From Candidatus Bathyarchaeia archaeon (lineage in GTDB: Archaea > Thermoproteota > Bathyarchaeia > Bathyarchaeales > Bathycorpusculaceae), in assembly GCA_037481775.1 (NCBI GenBank), contig JBBFKZ010000021.1:1-27005 (forward strand): a stretch of 27,005 nt of DNA, given 5' to 3'. Below are positions 24,182 through 27,005 of this stretch, in pieces (the stretch's first letter is position 1; every line of letters starts with the position of its first letter). A program made the translations under genes and the position numbers. The notes beneath the pieces were generated by a model. It saw only the letters and a list, made by a program, of their open reading frames with translations, was not told where the DNA came from and ran no database searches.

Positions 24182-26128
24182 ATGATTTCCGAGAATCCCC
24201 TTGCCGAGTTCCGAAAGGAATGCGAAGCCACATTAGCTCATGCTCTAAAGAAGATTCTGCCAGAAGTTAAAGTTGAAACCTTCTCATTTAATAAGCCGCC
24301 GAATCCTGAGTTTGGGCAGCTTGCTTCGTCTTTATGCTTTGAACTTGCCAAAAAACTCAACCAGAAACCGGCGGATGTGGCTGCGCATCTCGTTAGCGCT
24401 ATTGGTAAGCGAAAGTTCACGCTAATTGAGAAGGCTTCGGCGATAGGAGGCTACATTAATTTCCATGTCAACTTCCCCAAGTTTTCTTCATTAACACTCC
24501 AGTCAATAAAACAGTATGGTTCAGCTTACGGATTCATCAAAACAGAGAAGCCCATGAAGATAATTGTTGAGCATACCAGCGTTAATCCGCTTCATCCAAT
24601 CCACATTGGGCAGGCGAGAAATCCAATTATCGGCGACGCGGTGGCGCGTATCCTCAGATACAGAGGGCACACGGTTCAGTGCCACTACTACATTGACGAT
24701 GTTGGCCGTCAATCATCTGTTGTTGCCTACGGCTACGACAAGCTTGGCAGGCCGCATCCCGACGAGAAGGCAGACCATTTTGTGGGCAAGATATACACGA
24801 TAACCAGCTGTTTGGTTGAGCTTAACCGCTTAAGGAAAGAGCTTGAGCGCGTAAAGCTAGCCGCGTCTCCTGATGAAGTGGCGAAGATTACGAAGCAAAT
24901 TGACGAGTGGATGTCAATTGCTGCGGAGCTTAAAGAAAAGTTTCCAGCGCTTTTTGATAGACTCTTGGATAAAATAGGCAAAGCTGAAAATGCTGAAGAA
25001 GAAATAAGCAAGCTGAATCTTGCCTACGAAAACGGTGATCCAGAAGCTAAGAAACTTGTAAGAGAAGTTAGTGAATTGTGTCTTCAAGGGTTTAGGGAAA
25101 CGCAGGAGCGCATTGAAGTGCGCTATGACTCGTGGGACTGGGAAAGCGACCTGGTATGGAGCGGCCAGGTTTTAGAGGTTCTCCAGAGGCTGAAGACAAC
25201 ACCGTTTGTTTACACTGAAGGGGGTGTTTTGGAGTTTGATGCTGAAAGAGTGGCGCGTGTCTTTAAGCTTAAAGCGAAGTTGGGTTTAAGGGAAGATTAC
25301 GAAGTTCCGCCTTTGACGCTTACAAGGGCGGATGGCACCACGCTTTACACCACACGCGATATCGCCTATACTCTGTGGAAGTTTGACCGCGCCGAAAAAG
25401 TGATAAACGTTATTGGTATGGAACAATCCTTAGCGCAACTGCAGTTAAAATTGGCGCTGTACGCCCTTGGCTACAGCAAATGCGCTGACAACCTAGTGCA
25501 TTTCGCTTACAACCTTGTCACGCTTCCAGGCTACAAGATGTCTAGCCGCCGAGGACGCTACATAACTTTCGACGAAGTTCTCGACGAGGCAGTTCAGCGG
25601 GCTTACACAGAGGTTTCGAAGCGTTCACCACAGTTAACAGAGGAGGAAAAACGCGAAATAGCTCGCTTCGTGGGCATCGGCGCTGTGCGCTTTGCACTTG
25701 TAGATGTTGACGCAGCTAAACCTTTGGTTTTCACATGGGATAGAGTGCTGAACTTCGAAACGAACAGCGCTCCCTATGTGCAATATACTCATGCCAGAGC
25801 ATGCAGCATCCTGCGCAAGGCTGCAAGAGAACCTGCTAAAGCAGACTTTACACTTTTGAAAGAACCGCTTGAACGTGAACTTGTCCTATCGCTGGCTAGT
25901 TTCCCAGAAACATTCAGTGAAGCCGCAGAGTATTTCAAACCTAACCTTATTGCGGATTTTGCTAACGCGTTGGCAGACAAGTTTAACACCTTCTACAATG
26001 CGTTTCCAGTCATAAAAGCGGAGCCGCCGGAGCTCAGCGATGCAAGGCTTGCTTTAACAGATGCCACAAGAATTGTGCTTCATAATGCTTTGAATTTAAT
26101 CGGCGTAGTGGCACCAGAAAAGATGTAG
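24182..26128 (+). CDS. argS: Arginine--tRNA ligase
   Basis: 648 aa. It has the HIGH-type motif SVNPLHPIHIGQARN, KMSSRRG in place of KMSKS, and a DALR-like C-terminal anticodon-binding domain. GGGAGA lies upstream of the ATG. Confidence 0.9.
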   Translation: MISENPLAEFRKECEATLAHALKKILPEVKVETFSFNKPPNPEFGQLASSLCFELAKKLNQKPADVAAHLVSAIGKRKFTLIEKASAIGGYINFHVNFPKFSSLTLQSIKQYGSAYGFIKTEKPMKIIVEHTSVNPLHPIHIGQARNPIIGDAVARILRYRGHTVQCHYYIDDVGRQSSVVAYGYDKLGRPHPDEKADHFVGKIYTITSCLVELNRLRKELERVKLAASPDEVAKITKQIDEWMSIAAELKEKFPALFDRLLDKIGKAENAEEEISKLNLAYENGDPEAKKLVREVSELCLQGFRETQERIEVRYDSWDWESDLVWSGQVLEVLQRLKTTPFVYTEGGVLEFDAERVARVFKLKAKLGLREDYEVPPLTLTRADGTTLYTTRDIAYTLWKFDRAEKVINVIGMEQSLAQLQLKLALYALGYSKCADNLVHFAYNLVTLPGYKMSSRRGRYITFDEVLDEAVQRAYTEVSKRSPQLTEEEKREIARFVGIGAVRFALVDVDAAKPLVFTWDRVLNFETNSAPYVQYTHARACSILRKAAREPAKADFTLLKEPLERELVLSLASFPETFSEAAEYFKPNLIADFANALADKFNTFYNAFPVIKAEPPELSDARLALTDATRIVLHNALNLIGVVAPEKM

Positions 26129-26162
26129 AAAGCAGTGTTCTTCTAACGCATTAGACGAGGTA

Positions 26163-26188
26163 ATTTGATGCGCTAATTCATTGCAGAA
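26163..26188 (+). repeat. Truncated third copy of the 50-nt element
   Basis: atttgatgcgctaattcattgcagaa shares atttg, gcgc and the 14-nt core aattcattgcagaa with copy 1 (966-1000). About 8 nt are deleted relative to copy 1. Confidence 0.5.
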
Positions 26189-26205
26189 GCGACAACAGCT
26201 GATAG

Positions 26206-26255
26206 CCCCTCTATAGGTTTCTGCAATGAATCGCTAATAGCCGCCAAATATGAAG
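26206..26255 (-). repeat. Copy 2 of the 50-nt repeated element, inverted relative to copy 1
   Basis: The reverse complement is cttcatatttggcggctattagcgattcattgcagaaacctatagagggg, which is 46/50 identical to 961-1010. Confidence 0.8.
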
Positions 26256-26363
26256 TTGTACAAAGTTATTTTCAGTAGGAAAGAAATAGTGGGGTTGAAA
26301 TGGGAGCTTGGCGTTACTTCATCGGTAGTTTTAATTTCTTGATAACAGATTTTCGTTAATTCG

Positions 26364-27005
26364 TTAAATGGATTGGGTGGTTTGCTTGTGTTTTGCCTGT
26401 TTTAAAATTGGAAGGGTTACAATCAAAACGGAAATTGAAAATAAGATTAAATAAAACAGATGCGGGATAACTAATATGAAGGGGACCCCCAAGGGGTAAC
26501 TTGTGAGGGTAGGCAGTAAAACTGTGAAAAGCGGTATAGCTAGAACAAAGTTAAGCTTGCTGTTTTGGAAAAACTGGTAGAGATCACGTGTTTTCAGCAT
26601 CACTGCCAGGGTTATGATGAACAACGTGAATTCAAGTGTGATATTTATTGGATTGTATATATCGATATAGGTGAAGCCAAACTTGTTTGTGGTCAGGGGC
26701 CAAAATAGTTGGATTTGACCGCCTATTATGAAGTCGCCTATTAAAGAGTGAGAAGCTAAAGCTATAAAGTATGGTACTGCCTTCTTACGGTAGAATATAA
26801 AGAAGGGACTGAAAAGCAGTATTGCCATTATTATTGAATGCGTTGGTCCTCTATGTATCTCCATAATGAGCGGCTCAAATAGAATGTCGCTGTCAGGGAT
26901 TATTGCGAGAACCAGAATTAACGGTATATTAAACTTCACGTTTAGAAGTCTTCCAGATGCTCTGCCTAAAAGATACGCCAATGCGAAGTGGCCGATAGCG
27001 AACAA
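26364..27005 (-). CDS. YdjM-like (DUF457) membrane-bound metal-dependent hydrolase. The N-terminus may run off the window end.
   Basis: A polytopic hydrophobic protein with FAIGHFALAYL near the N-terminus, IPDSDILF and HRGPTHS. The apparent TTG start at 27005 coincides with the window edge. Confidence 0.55.
   Translation of the reverse strand: MFAIGHFALAYLLGRASGRLLNVKFNIPLILVLAIIPDSDILFEPLIMEIHRGPTHSIIMAILLFSPFFIFYRKKAVPYFIALASHSLIGDFIIGGQIQLFWPLTTNKFGFTYIDIYNPINITLEFTLFIITLAVMLKTRDLYQFFQNSKLNFVLAIPLFTVLLPTLTSYPLGVPFILVIPHLFYLILFSISVLIVTLPILKQAKHKQTTQSI

Noticed and set aside
26166-26202. Box C/D sRNA reading (tgatgc as box C, ctga at 26199-26202 as box D)
   Set aside because: The box C match is imperfect. 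The spacing of about 30 nt is too short for the C/D'/C'/D layout, and there is no terminal kink-turn pairing. The hairpin/repeat interpretation explains the sequence better.
961-26255. The inverted 50-nt repeats read as terminal inverted repeats of a 25-kb composite mobile element
   Set aside because: The enclosed genes are core housekeeping or central-metabolism genes (argS, cdh operon, cofE). The only transposase is a self-contained IS110 type, which does not use terminal inverted repeats. I could identify no flanking target duplication. The repeats are kept only as a possible substrate for inversion.
26300-26359. A 19-codon sORF (MGAWRYFIGSFNFLITDFR) with GGGGT 5 nt upstream
   Set aside because: It is too short to support from sequence alone. 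It sits in a convergent 3'-3' intergenic region with no obvious promoter.

Overview
This window is an archaeal chromosomal segment. The markers are mevalonate kinase, archaeal-type cdhABCDE, cofE and BRE/TATA-like promoters, together with frequent GGAG-type ribosome-binding sites. The core is a complete acetyl-CoA decarbonylase/synthase (CODH/ACS) operon, cdhA-B-C-D-E, on the minus strand at 1090-8088. Two CooC-family Ni-insertion ATPase genes sit upstream of it at 8213-9784. A short MTHFR-like TIM-barrel gene (9916-10641) is divergent from them. An IS110-family insertion sequence (transposase 10902-11891) sits between that gene and a 901-aa fusion of ADP-forming acetyl-CoA synthetase with a GNAT domain, the Pat/YfiQ architecture (11995-14700). 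The remaining genes are: cofE, a class II aldolase and an SCP2 protein in a plus-strand cluster; a minus-strand cluster of a GCS2-type carboxylate-amine ligase, a YkgJ Cys-cluster protein and an Lrp/AsnC regulator; an MgtA-type P-type ATPase with a C-terminal extension of about 130 aa; a CooF-like four-cluster ferredoxin; an HDAC/AcuC-type deacetylase; argS; and a YdjM-like membrane hydrolase. I found no rRNA, tRNA or CRISPR array. The most unusual non-coding signal is a 50-nt element at 961-1010 that recurs in inverted orientation at 26206-26255 (46/50 identical). A truncated third copy next to the second one creates a perfect 13-bp stem hairpin. I recognise no defence-type or otherwise clearly novel multi-gene system. 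The candidates most worth follow-up are the short MTHFR-like gene beside CODH/ACS, the ACD-GNAT fusion, the GCS2-YkgJ pair, the extended MgtA, the IS110 non-coding ends and the 50-nt repeat family. All product calls come from reading motifs in the translations. No database search was run.
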